Origin: Octopus vulgaris
Lineage: Eukaryota
DNA length: 64,000 nt
Assembly (NCBI GenBank): GCA_951406725.2
Contig: OX597831.1
Location: forward strand, 59,830,001 to 59,894,000
Reading direction: 5' to 3'
Below the pieces are notes generated by a model, which was given only the letters and a program-made list of their open reading frames with translations, was not told where the DNA came from and searched no databases. The position numbers were made by a program, and so were the translations under genes. Of the stretch, positions 1-11,690 are shown in pieces. Each line of letters begins with the position of its first letter. Position 1 is the stretch's first letter.

Positions 1-53
1 CATATATATATATATACATACATAAACATATATACATACATATATATGTATAT

Positions 54-245
54 GTGAGTCGCCATGATAGATCGGTATCCACTACACACATTTTTGTCTC
101 TCCTTGTTTTTTTCTGTGTTCCTTTCTGTGGAAGAGCGTAGGCTCGAAACGTAAAAGACTTTTTCAATTCCTGAGCGTTATACAAATAGATCTGTTTGTT
201 TTCTACACCACCTGCTTTCGTCTTATATTTTTGGGCGTGAATTCT

Positions 246-248
<3 letters not shown>
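54..248 (+). mobile_element. Solo PLE pseudo-LTR-like island (family A) ending at (TA)n
   Basis: 3' end (TTCGTCTT...TGAATTCTCCC then TATA) matches 58971-59106 and the 3' end of the GIY-YIG-bearing element at 23455-24395 (minus); contains a hammerhead-like motif. Confidence 0.65.
122..157 (+). ncRNA. Degenerate minimal type I hammerhead-like motif
   Basis: CTTT-CTGTGGA-A-GAGC gtag GCTC-GAAA-CG-TA-AAAG: stem I CTTT/AAAG, stem II GAGC/GCTC, palindromic stem III ACGT; core deviates from CUGANGA. Confidence 0.5.
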
Positions 249-288
<40 letters not shown>

Positions 289-386
289 GGAATACCACTC
301 TTATGTAGTTCAAACAATGATAGACATGAACCAAATCATAAAGAAAAGATAAAACATATAAAACATATAACTAGATCACAGAAAGT

Positions 387-909
387 GGATGTTCGTATAG
401 TGGTGTGATTGGGGAAGGTTCTTGAATGTGTGTGGAGGTGTGTGCATAACGATGTGTGAGGTGTGGGTTCTAGGATGTTTGGGGGCTAGTGTATGTAGAA
501 AGTTAAGGTTGTTGTGCATGTTTGGACGTGTGCGTACTGGTGTGTGGTGTGTGAACCGAGTTCAATAGTATGTATGGGGGTTGTACAATGGTGTGTGTAG
601 TACAATGGTGTATTGCGTTAGGTGGTGTATTAGTGCAGTGGTTGAAGGGAGGGGCATTTAAAAGTGCAGGTGCATGGGAATATGCGTTGGGTTGATGCTA
701 GAAGAAGGAAGGTGGTGTTTTAAGCCCATAAACCACAAAGTTATGAAGGGTGAAAGATTTGTGGACCGGATGTGTAAAATATCGGCGTTTTTGCCAAGTC
801 TAATGTCTCGGAGGTGCTGAGTGAAAGGGTTAGCCAACGGCGCCCTGTTTGACCAATGTTCAGGAAAAGACAAAGAGAGGAAGAGATGAAGTAGATATCA
901 TTCGTGGGC

Positions 910-913
<4 letters not shown>
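387..913 (-). mobile_element. PLE 3' fragment with degenerate GIY-YIG endonuclease
   Basis: Minus-strand peptides CTPTNDIYFISSSLCLFLNIGQTGRR and LANPFTQHLRDIRL; homologous to 24000-24310; abuts (TA)n at 914. Confidence 0.7.
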
Positions 914-954
<41 letters not shown>

Positions 955-1029
955 GAATAAAGTCTGTTACACATTACGACTCCTATCTCATCTTATTAAT
1001 ACAGTTACTGTGTGTGTTTATAGATATAT

Positions 1030-1032
<3 letters not shown>

Positions 1033-1120
<88 letters not shown>

Positions 1121-1150
1121 TATAGATAGATAGATAGATAGATAGATAGA
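1033..1150. repeat. Compound microsatellite (TA)n(GA)n(GATA)n
   Basis: Directly visible. Confidence 0.95.
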
Positions 1151-1289
1151 AACACATATCTATACATACGTGTATAGATATGTGCAAACTATAAATCTGG
1201 GTTGGGATTTTTTATCTATATATCTATGAAGCAAATTTTGAAATTGAAATCAAATGTTATTCAAACGTAATCTGCTTCGGATGAATATA

Positions 1290-2340
1290 TCTATCTAATA
1301 AAATAAAATAAATAAAATAACCTTTGAATTTGAAATAAAATGCTACTCAAAATGTGGAGCGTTTTTTTTATCACGCGTCTCACTAAATTGCGCGGGTGCG
1401 CGTGTCCAGAAACAACGTCGTGTTCTCATGGTAACAAGCTGTTAATTCCTTGCTGTCTGTTGATGGGCAAAAATGACCCAAATTTTCGAACTTTAATTCC
1501 AGACAAGACAAGATTCTAAATCTACGTGATGACGTAATTACCTGATAATAATCAAAATTCAGAACTGCATCGAAACACCAAGACCGAAAGGAATATGAGC
1601 AAATTAAAGGGGGCTGAATTTGGGAAACATAAAAGATCCGTAATGTCTATTAGAATCTATTTCTATTAATGTCTTCTTCGTGTTTTGTATACATATTATC
1701 TTGTGTTTCTTTTGTGCTTATAAACTGCATACATCGTGAACAGGTTCGCGCGTGAATTAGGTTCTAGAGGCAGAAGGTAAGGGAAGAGAAGCGGCAGGAA
1801 AACCTAGAGAGACACAGGCAAAAGCAGTAGCTGAGACAAGCGTCAATGGAGGGTGAACAACGCGATGAACACCTGCTGCAATATAGGAGGGGACAACAAA
1901 TAAGACGAGAAAATATTAATAAGGAACAGCGTGCACAATACCACGAAACTTATTTCAGCAAAGAGAACATGAATCAACATGATAGGGTTATTTATCAGCA
2001 AAACCAAAGGGTAAGATATAGGGAAAGAGTTCTAAATATGAATGCTTGTGAAACTGAAAATTTAAGGAGGCATCTGATGCAGCGACAGCCTGTGAGAAGA
2101 CAAAGGCCAATGCTGAATAGAGCTATTGTTAGTGAAAACTGAACAATTTAACAGAACTTAACATTATATGTGAATACTGTGGTGCCCTTAGGTTTAGAAA
2201 TGTATATAACATTTCTTGCCACAATGGAAAATTGAACGTACCTGTATTGCAACCAAGAATACAAGAAAGCCTTTGACCCAGAGCCATATAAACAGAAGAA
2301 ATACTGGCGAGAATTTTTACAAGAAAAATTGTCAATATGG
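1290..2340 (+). mobile_element. Helitron relic: putative 5' end plus N-terminal Rep/Hel fragment
   Basis: A|TCTATCTAATAAAA start; Arg/Gln/Glu-rich ORF 1846-2142; then in another frame CEYCGALRFRNVYNISCHNGKLNVP (Cys at 2169), matching the Helitron N-terminal CxxC...CCxxGK zinc-finger pattern. Confidence 0.6.
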
Positions 2341-2538
2341 AAATTGCTGATTCTCTTTCAACCTTTTCAAAACTGAAATATAACTAATTAGTTTTTAGAT
2401 TCCTGTTTCCTTTCCTTGCAATATATCATTGCTAATTATAAATCACATCCATATTAAAATGTCCAACTACTTGATGTTACTCGAGGTCTCTGAATGAGAT
2501 TGGGAATAGACCGTATATAACAAAGTAGCAATTATATA

Positions 2539-2545
2539 AATAATG

Positions 2546-2625
<80 letters not shown>
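2539..2625. repeat. (TAA)n microsatellite
   Basis: Directly visible. Confidence 0.95.
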
Positions 2626-2975
2626 TTCTATGATGTCTAAGACAAACACAAAAATACACATTCACTTAGATCTGCACTTCGTATTTTGTATACACACCTG
2701 GAATTATGAACAGGAATATAAAGTGTGGTAAACTTCAGTATTAGTTTTAATTGGACAGAGATACTTGTGTCTCTCCAGTTCAATTATTCAGTTTAAACCA
2801 ACCTCCCAAGTAGTAATAGTAACCAGGAAAATGAATATAAAAATACGAGAAATAGAAGCTTCCTTGAACAAAGTTGTATTGTTATCTTGCATTTATTATA
2901 TTCTGATAATTTTTTTTTATAATATAAGAGGAAGTGCACAGTCAGAAACTAAATAGACAACTTTTGAAACATTAA

Positions 2976-3085
2976 TTATAAGCGAAAATGATACTTATAA
3001 GCGATATGATACTTATAAGCGAAATGATACTTATAAGCGAAAATGATACTTATAAGCGAAATGATACTTATAAGCGAAAATGATA
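2976..3085. repeat. Minisatellite, 6 copies of 18-19 bp TTATAAGCGAAA(A)TGATAC
   Basis: Units start at 2976, 2995, 3013, 3031, 3050 and 3068; no spacers. Confidence 0.95.
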
Positions 3086-3344
3086 GGGTTGTAACAAATT
3101 GTAATCTACCTGGATGTAACTCAATTAATGTTACTTCCAATATGCATCTGATTGCACTCCATACAAGTAATAACTATAAGTAACAAATTTAATACAACGT
3201 ATGTATATATCAAGCTCAGTTCAATAGCCAATATATCTTAAAACGCCTGGCATATTACTATATTAAGAGTTCTTTATATCAATTATCCTAACAGGTATAA
3301 ATATATTCTAATTAGATTACTGAATGATATAATAGGTAAAATAT

Positions 3345-3565
3345 ATATTTTTTACTACCCACAAGGGGCTAAACATAGAAGGGACAAACAAGGACAGACA
3401 AAGGGGTTAAGTCGATTACATCAACCCAGTGCGAAATTGTACTTTATTTATCGACCCCGAAAGGCAAGGTCGACCTCGGCGGAATTTGAACTCAGAACGT
3501 AACGACAGATGAAATACCGCTAAGCATTTAGCCCGGCGCGCTAACGTTTCTGCCAGCTCGCCGCC
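3345..3565 (-). mobile_element. tRNA-derived SINE with Nin/Deu-like central domain
   Basis: Minus strand GGCGGCGAGCTGGCAGAAACGTTAG...GAGTTCAAATTCCGCCGAGGTCGACCTTGCC...GTCGATAAATAAAGTAC; A/B-box-like head; at least 6 related copies in window. Confidence 0.85.
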
Positions 3566-3803
3566 TCTTTCTTCGTAAGGTTATCTCTACAGATATTCTA
3601 TAGAGATTATAGTGAACACAGATTTGTTACGCCTTTTCGAATTCCAGACGTCAGATGTAAACAAACAATGAGGTAGAAGATGAAAAATGGGGTAATGGGT
3701 TATATTATCACATTTTGTGGGTTGTTTCACATTTATCGGTACCCGTCTAACCTTTTAATCACCATCGGAAGCATTGCTTAAATAGCTACTATATACAGCA
3801 GTG

Positions 3804-4217
3804 GGATCTTTTCGGTTTGAACGGCAGATTTTTCTAGCGGTGTCATATGAAATTGTCACCTATAATTATGACCCTAGTATAGATCTATTGCATTTCAATC
3901 TATTTTAGGGTTAGGGGTGGGGGGAAGGGTATCTTTTTTTCTTCACAAATGTAAATAAACCCAATCTCATTCTTTAACGAGGGACATATTCATACGGTAC
4001 AGTATGTTTTTTACCTCAATGGACGTCATTGATTGGTTGAAATTTCAGAAATCGAAGAAAAAAAAACAACAAATATCTTACGAACTATAGAATTTTCTCA
4101 ATAGAGCCAAGAGAAAAAAATATCTTTTATAAACACATTCTACCAGTATACGAAATTTAAAATTGTTTAGTTACCTCGAAATTGTGTTAAAAACTGCCGT
4201 TCAAACCGAAAAGATCC
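3804..4217. mobile_element. MITE, Merlin-like, with 8-bp TSD
   Basis: TIR GGATCTTTTCGGTTTGAACGGCAG at both ends; perfect TSD CAGCAGTG (3796-3803 and 4218-4225); second copy at 28862-29292. Confidence 0.9.
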
Positions 4218-4863
4218 CAGCAGTGTAATGTTATTGGATTCACCAAATTTACATATTAAATGCACTCCTAGAAGCTGGTACATAAATACTACTGCCTTGT
4301 AGTTACGCGGTATTTCGTTATGCAACCATAATATTCTATAAACTATACTACATGTTTATTATCAGTCAATATCACGTTTTACTGCGTTAGCAGTGCATTT
4401 TACCTAAATTGTTAAGGTTAAATCTACCGATATACTATGGAAACTATAGGCAGTACTTGGCTATAATTACTATGGAATATTAGTAGATATAACGCAGTAG
4501 AACCCAGTGTTCATTTGTAAGAACGTTTAATGTAATTTATAGTATATTCCACAACGTAAAACCGAGTACCTACAAGTAATTACTAAAAATATATTTTTTG
4601 TTATCGCATATTTGTTTGTGTCTGCAAGTGAGTGATTTTCTTTGAATAAGCAGATATTTCTTTACTTAGAAACACTCAAATCATATATTGTATATATATA
4701 TATATCTATAAATATAACATGTGATAATTAGTGGGTTGTTATAATATTATGACAACCAATTGTCACATATATTTATAAATAAATTCTTCTGTTTGCATAA
4801 TATCGATGTTTCATTCATTCTTTTGCTGCTATATTATTATTAACACACACATGCATACGCATA

Positions 4864-5354
<491 letters not shown>

Positions 5355-5494
5355 TCAATAAATGGTGGGGTTGTGTTGACCGCACGTGGAGAAATGATAA
5401 GTAAGGAAAAATTTTTTTTTTTAAATGCGGAATGCTCAAATGAAAGAAAATTTTAATAAAATGAGAAAATGATAAAATATATAAATATATATTA

Positions 5495-5534
5495 ATTCAA
5501 CCGGTTTTCGTCATTGTATGACTTGTCAAGAATA
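5495..5534 (-). ncRNA. Minimal hammerhead-like motif (U3/A8 variant), inverted copy
   Basis: Reverse complement of 6134-6174. Confidence 0.55.
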
Positions 5535-6133
5535 TTTATGTTTTAAGAAGTTTTTTTAAAAATTAGAAAGGAGAAAAAAAGAAAATTGCATTGTTTTTTG
5601 TAAAAGAACAATGATAAAAATGTACAAAAATTAAAAAATAAGATCTCCGATACATTGTGATTTCGTTGTGTATCTTGAGTTTTATGGTTGTTTACCAAAA
5701 AATTACCTTGAGGTGTTAAGATCCAAAGGGATTAAGAGCATGTGATGTGTTGTGTTGTTAAATTCAGCATGTTGCAGGACAGGAAGTAGTAGTAATTGTG
5801 GTCCTGGTTCTTCAGTTCCTGTGTTGTGAGTAAGGGGAGACAACTCTTTTGAGTTCTTCAATAAAACCTAAATTATAAAACTATCATTTTAGCTTCATTT
5901 GCATTATCTTTTTTATATAATTGCTTGTTAACTTAACTTTCATATTTTAACACTTTATTTATATTATTTTCTAATAATATAAAACTGCATAGACAATTGC
6001 ATTTCAAATTGTCATATCATTTATAATAAAAATGATAGTAATAACAACAATAGTGAAAATGATATTTAAAGAATATGACAATTTTCTTTTTTTCCCCTTT
6101 CTAATTTTAAAAAAAAACTTCTTAAAACATAAA

Positions 6134-6174
6134 TATTCTTGACAAGTCATACAATGACGAAAACCGGTTGAATA
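6134..6174 (+). ncRNA. Minimal hammerhead-like motif (U3/A8 variant)
   Basis: TATTC-TTGACAA-GTCAT aca ATGAC-GAAA-ACCGGT-T-GAATA: stem I 5 bp, stem II 5 bp, palindromic ACCGGT. Confidence 0.55.
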
Positions 6175-6264
6175 AATATATATTTATATATTTTCTCATT
6201 TTCTCATTTTATTAAAATTTTCTTTCATTTGAGCATTCTGCATTTAAAAAAATGTTTTTATATA

Positions 6265-6307
<43 letters not shown>

Positions 6308-6470
6308 CATACATAGCATAAAGGTACCAGATGTTGCTTACACCTGGTTGTAGAAATTTAAGAAAGAAAAATACGTAAAAAGTCGCACACGAGGTTTGTA
6401 TAATAAACTTTATGCCAATATTAAGATCATAATGGAACAAAGAGTTGTATTACAACATTATATAATAAAC

Positions 6471-6512
6471 TGGGAGTACCGGTTTCGCGTCTTACGCTTA
6501 TCAGATTTTCCA
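6471..6512 (-). ncRNA. Minimal hammerhead-like motif in the (TA)n-flanked island 6315-6848
   Basis: Minus strand CTGATAA-GCGT aag ACGC-GAAA-CCGG-TA; stem I weak. Confidence 0.65.
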
Positions 6513-6842
6513 AGGTAAGGCTTGAAGGCACTATTTTTGTTGTTGACAATAATGATTGCAGTAGAAGGGATGTAACGCTTCAATCTTTCTGAAGGTAATT
6601 TGGAATGTAACTTCATTTTATCTGAAAATTACAAGTTACGTACTAAGTATTGTCAGGGTCTTTGGACTGATATTCTTAATGTATACAAAATTATGAGATA
6701 TATACATAGGTTTTAGGGGTTATTTACAAGTATTTAAGATTTCGTCAAAACTGAAAATTTTACCCATATTGAGGTGCTGTACCATCCAGTTGAAACTAGA
6801 AAACTATAAACATACAAATACGAAAGGGCTTTACTTCTGCTG

Positions 6843-6885
<43 letters not shown>

Positions 6886-6888
<3 letters not shown>

Positions 6889-7855
6889 ATTTAGATTCAG
6901 ATGAATATGGTACTTACTTTGAGGTACCAGATTTTAGTATGGTATTATCCATACATTTTAAAATAATGTGATTATAATCAAAATAGGCAACAAGGATATC
7001 CAGAGGTAATGCAGAACAATCGTTTCATGCAACTTAATTTAATTGAACAATGCAAACATTACATCAATTTAGAAAGTAGAATAACCATCAATCATCAATA
7101 CTCTTGTATTGTATTTAATTTTCTTTTTAGACAATATTCATAATTACTCTACTTCAATGCTGAATCATTCGTAAATCACACTTCATTAGCTATTGAATAT
7201 TATATTTATTTTTGAAAAATATAACGATAATATGTTATAAATAATAAAAATAACACTATTTTAAAAACTATTATAACGAAATTATCTTATAACCTTTTAC
7301 GAAATATTGGTAGCATACGTTATTAGATAATATACCAAAAATATTTATACGAGTAACCTCAATGATTATTATATAAGTCATTATATTTTTATCTATTCTG
7401 ATCTGTACAAGATGTGAATGATTTTTTGATTGATAGTTTGGTACTAGGCACAACAAAAGTTATCCACAAGAAACTGAAGTCAAATCAATATGATTTAATA
7501 CAACAGATACAGGGATCTCCTCTAACATATATACTTACTTCCTTAAATCCATGTTTCACCTTTTTTTATGAAGAATGTATGGGGCTAACAAAATATTAAA
7601 TAAGTTGTTTTATTTCACATGCTTTCACCAATTTACGTTTGTATCGTGCATATTAGACTTAAACTAGCTTTGAAAACATTAAGAGTATACCAGGTATATA
7701 GCAAGTAGTATTTAAGTCACGCTTTAAACACACCACAGACTCTCCTATTTTATAAATACAAGAAATAAATGGATTAATTTCATTAAGTGGATAATAGGCA
7801 TATACCGGGTTCCGTCTAAACGTCCGGTTTCCTAACACTACTGTTAGTTTACGAA
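6886..7855 (-). mobile_element. (TA)n-flanked PLE-end-like island
   Basis: Reverse complement of 6970-7040 (ATGAAACGATTGTTCTGCATTACCTCTGGATATCC...) is homologous to 60887-60940 on plus. Confidence 0.5.
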
Positions 7856-7871
7856 TATATATATATATATA

Positions 7872-8054
7872 CGTTTAAATATTTGTTGTGCAAGATTTTT
7901 TATGTGAAGTCGTGTGTTGAAACAGATATTGTTATATTTCGGAATGGTCATAAGATTAATGTAAAAAATAAATATCACTGAAGCAAAATAACACCAAATA
8001 TATAGTGCGTGTGTTTTTATTGGCTAAACTGGCAATATGACCATTCCGAAATAT

Positions 8055-8062
<8 letters not shown>
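7872..8062. mobile_element. (TA)n-flanked island with a 27-bp perfect inverted repeat
   Basis: ATATTGTTATATTTCGGAATGGTCATA 7926-7952 versus its reverse complement 8036-8062. Confidence 0.65.
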
Positions 8063-8106
<44 letters not shown>

Positions 8107-8108
<2 letters not shown>

Positions 8109-8245
8109 TTGCGTGGAAGGTGTTTATAAGCCATTTAAGAAACACACAAAACCGTTAGATTCACTTCAACATTTAAATTTTATTTGTCAAAATATTTTCG
8201 CCACTTTGAGACGTTAGACGGTGGTGAGAGAGAGACAAACGCACG

Positions 8246-8294
<49 letters not shown>

Positions 8295-8839
8295 GTGTGT
8301 GTATACATATATACTCACCTTCAACAAGGTAACAGTCATGTATACAACTTGTATACATATCAGTACATAAACATACGTTCACATATACATACATGTACAA
8401 ACAGACAGACACGTCTACACACTCTCCTAAATACTCACATACATACGTAAGTACATAGGTACATACATACATGCGTATAGGCATGCACACATGCATGCGC
8501 ACAAACATGTACACACATACATACACACATACACGCATACATACGTACATACATACATACACACATACATACATACAGACATACACACACACATACATAC
8601 GTACATATATATCATGAACTAACTGTTACTTTCTCAGATGCGGCACGAAGTTTTCTCAGTGGACAGGTCGCGGTCTCAAAGCGACGAAAATATTTTGACA
8701 CATAAAATATAAATGTTGAAGTGAATCTAACGGTTTTGTGTGTTTGTTAAATGGCTTATAAACACCTTCCACGCTGCAATTGTTTTCGTTGCACCACACG
8801 ATCTCAGATCAAGTCACTTGCTATGCGAGTACATCTCCG

Positions 8840-8842
<3 letters not shown>
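8107..8842. mobile_element. (TA)n-flanked element with ~100-bp inverted repeats around a CA/TACA-rich spacer
   Basis: 8111-8212 is the reverse complement of 8673-8774; degenerate hammerhead-like GTCGC...GCGAC-GAAA-ATATTT at 8654-8700. Confidence 0.7.
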
Positions 8843-8915
<73 letters not shown>

Positions 8916-8985
8916 AATAATAAGTGTGAAAATTTGAATATTAATTTTATTAATGTCAATTTAAAAACCGGCGGTCTAGCATATA

Positions 8986-9022
8986 GAAAAATCTGAAGAT
9001 TCAGAGAAACATATCATTTTTC
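8986..9022 (+). ncRNA. Very compact hammerhead-like motif
   Basis: GAAAAAT-CTGAAGA-TTCAGA-GAAA-CATA-TC-ATTTTTC: canonical core, 7-bp stem I, rudimentary stems II and III. Confidence 0.6.
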
Positions 9023-9035
9023 AATATATATATAT

Positions 9036-9079
<44 letters not shown>

Positions 9080-9883
9080 GGACAGACAGAGAGAAAAGAG
9101 AGTCAAATAAATACATGGATTATTATACATATATTGCTAATTTACGACTATTTAGTATTATCTGAACGACAATATAAAAAATATATACGGGCTTTTATAT
9201 ACGCACACGCAAATTATGGGTTTTTCTATGTAGGCTATTTTTATATCTGCAAAACACACTTATGCATTAATTTGGGAAATATTCTGTACGTGCATTGTAT
9301 ATATTTCTATTTACCGTGAATCGTAATGTGTTTTCAAGAAATGTTAACACGTATATAAGTTGTTTTTTAAACCATATTTTTATTCCATTTTTAGTCGTTG
9401 AACATGTTACAATGAAGTTCAGATGTTTCTTTAGATTTACTGAAAATTTATAATCGTTAATATCTTCAGTTTGAAATATCTTCGTATGAGGTCTTTTTTT
9501 ATATTTTGAGTTAAATTTAACGTGTCTCCTCTTATTTTTACAGTGTTTCTTTCGCTACAATAGGCTTACCACTGATTATTTTGTCATTGTTAATTATCTA
9601 CGCGTTTTTAATAAAATAATTGAATGGTTAATTCTGTTCCTGTGCAATTACATTCGCATTAGGAAAAACGGGATATATTCGCTTTATTTTAGCATGAACA
9701 TTCACGTGATTTTTAAATCCTTCGTGGATATTCATATCACGATAGAATTAGTAATCATATACCAGCACATGCCACTGTGGCACAGAAATATATACACACA
9801 AGTAAGGGGTCTCAGAAACTCAGAAATTGTTATTGTTATTGATTTAAAGATCCCTTAATATAATTAAAATTCTAACTCTCACT

Positions 9884-9929
<46 letters not shown>

Positions 9930-9933
9930 TGTT

Positions 9934-9965
<32 letters not shown>

Positions 9966-10274
9966 CGTGTGTGTATGTGTGTGTGTATGTATATATAATT
10001 GGCTAATTCTCTTTCTCGCTCTGTTGTTTTTAATCGTATGTAGGATGGTGTTTGAGAGAATTGGTTGGTGTAGATATATTGAATATAGAAGTATAGACAT
10101 ATGTATATACATACGTATATCAATATATATTAATTATGATTGAATATGTGCATCTGAAAGTATGTATTCACCTACTATAACAGACACACACACGTACATA
10201 CTCACACACACACATACATATGTATATATATATGCATACATACACACATTCATACATATATCATATCTTCACTT

Positions 10275-10470
10275 TTACTTTGTTCATTCATACGATTGCG
10301 ACCATGCTGTGTCGCCGCGCTTTAGTCGAAGAAATCGACCCAAGGATATATTTTTTATGCCTGGTAATTATTCTATCTGACTATTTTGTCGCACCTTTAG
10401 TTTTCTGGAACGTAAACACGCCATTACCGGTTGTTAAGCTGTAAATGTGGACAAATAGATACAATCATAC
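10275..10470 (-). mobile_element. SINE 3' fragment (same family as 61095-61390)
   Basis: TGCGACCATGCTG...TTTAGTCGAAGAAATCGACCCAAGGA aligns to 61113-61163. Confidence 0.7.
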
Positions 10471-10477
10471 ACACACA

Positions 10478-10506
10478 TATGTATATGTAGTATATGTATG
10501 TGTATA

Positions 10507-10559
<53 letters not shown>

Positions 10560-10651
10560 TATATATATATATTTATTTATTTATATATATATATATTTAT
10601 TTATATATATATATTTATATATATATATATGTATATATTTATATTTATATT

Positions 10652-10710
<59 letters not shown>
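10478..10710. repeat. Degenerate (TA)n microsatellite
   Basis: Directly visible. Confidence 0.9.
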
Positions 10711-10713
<3 letters not shown>

Positions 10714-10813
10714 ATAAAACGGTAAGATAACAAAAGAAAGAAAGAGACCTCAATATTATGTAAATAGAGGAAATTTATCTATACAATAATATGTTACATT
10801 ACTCGGTAGTCAA

Positions 10814-10874
10814 GATAAAACTCTGAGTTTCAGATGCCGAAGTGGAAATCCACAACACCATCTCTTCGGTTATC
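10814..10874 (-). ncRNA. Hammerhead-like motif in PLE 3' region
   Basis: Minus strand GATAA-CCGAAGA-GATG...CATC-T-GAAA-CTCAGAG-TT-TTATC; stem I GATAA/TTATC. Confidence 0.55.
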
Positions 10875-11057
10875 TGGCTATTTGAAAACGCTATGAAAAA
10901 ATACCGTTAAATAAAGGAAAATTACTGTGTTATAACTCTGCTTGCCTGCGTACTTATACATCGCTCGCATTTTTCGTCATAAAAATTATATAAAAATACA
11001 TAAAAAATATATAATAATATATAAAATCTTCTTGGGACATAACATAGAAAGCATGTT

Positions 11058-11690
11058 CTATCTGTTTTCTTTAGGGGACCAAAAACGTAACAGAAATTTT
11101 GTCACATGTGGGCATGATCCGAAAAGTTCTGTCCTTGTATTTAGACATGTAGTAGAGTATAAGCTGCTTTTCCAGATAAGCCATCTCTCCATCTCGCATA
11201 GACCGCACCTTCCGCTGCCGTTGGTGTAGGGCTAACATCTGGCCAAAATCTTCCATTGTATGTTATAATCGACACCTTTATCTCTTAAATACCAAATATG
11301 ATTAGATAATTGTGTCGCTTTTCTTTTGTTCCAGTGCCTAAAGCTCAAAGTGTGGTTATTGAACCTGGCCTTGAAATTACCCTCTGTAAGGCCCACGTAT
11401 TTCTTCGTCGAAACGGTGTCTTTAGTGGTTATAGAGTTTACGGTAGCTTCATATATGATGGTCTTGGACATGCAAGCTCCATTTAGCGGGCACAATTCTT
11501 GTGTTTTTTGTATGTTATGTTTGATTATGTTTTTAAAATTGGTAGTTGAACTAAAACTAATTTTTAAATTGTGTCTATTGAAGAGTTTCCTATAAGTATG
11601 GTTAACTGGAAAATGTCTATCTATCAGTGCTAGGAAATATTTACTCGGGTGAGTAAGGGGGCGTAAACCAGATGACCTTCCTATTTTTAT
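11058..11690 (-). pseudogene. PLE RT-thumb/GIY-YIG coding remnant
   Basis: ORF 11232-11495 continues in frame past a TAG at 11232-11234 to a stop at 11058-11060. Confidence 0.8.

Noticed and set aside
2976-3085. CRISPR-like array
   Set aside because: Units are contiguous with no spacers; eukaryotic context; no cas genes
3904-3930. Telomere or chromosome-fusion remnant
   Set aside because: Only a few TTAGGG units, and they are internal to a MITE present twice
11232-11234. Selenocysteine readthrough in the PLE endonuclease
   Set aside because: The in-frame stop is TAG, not TGA; simple nonsense mutation is more likely
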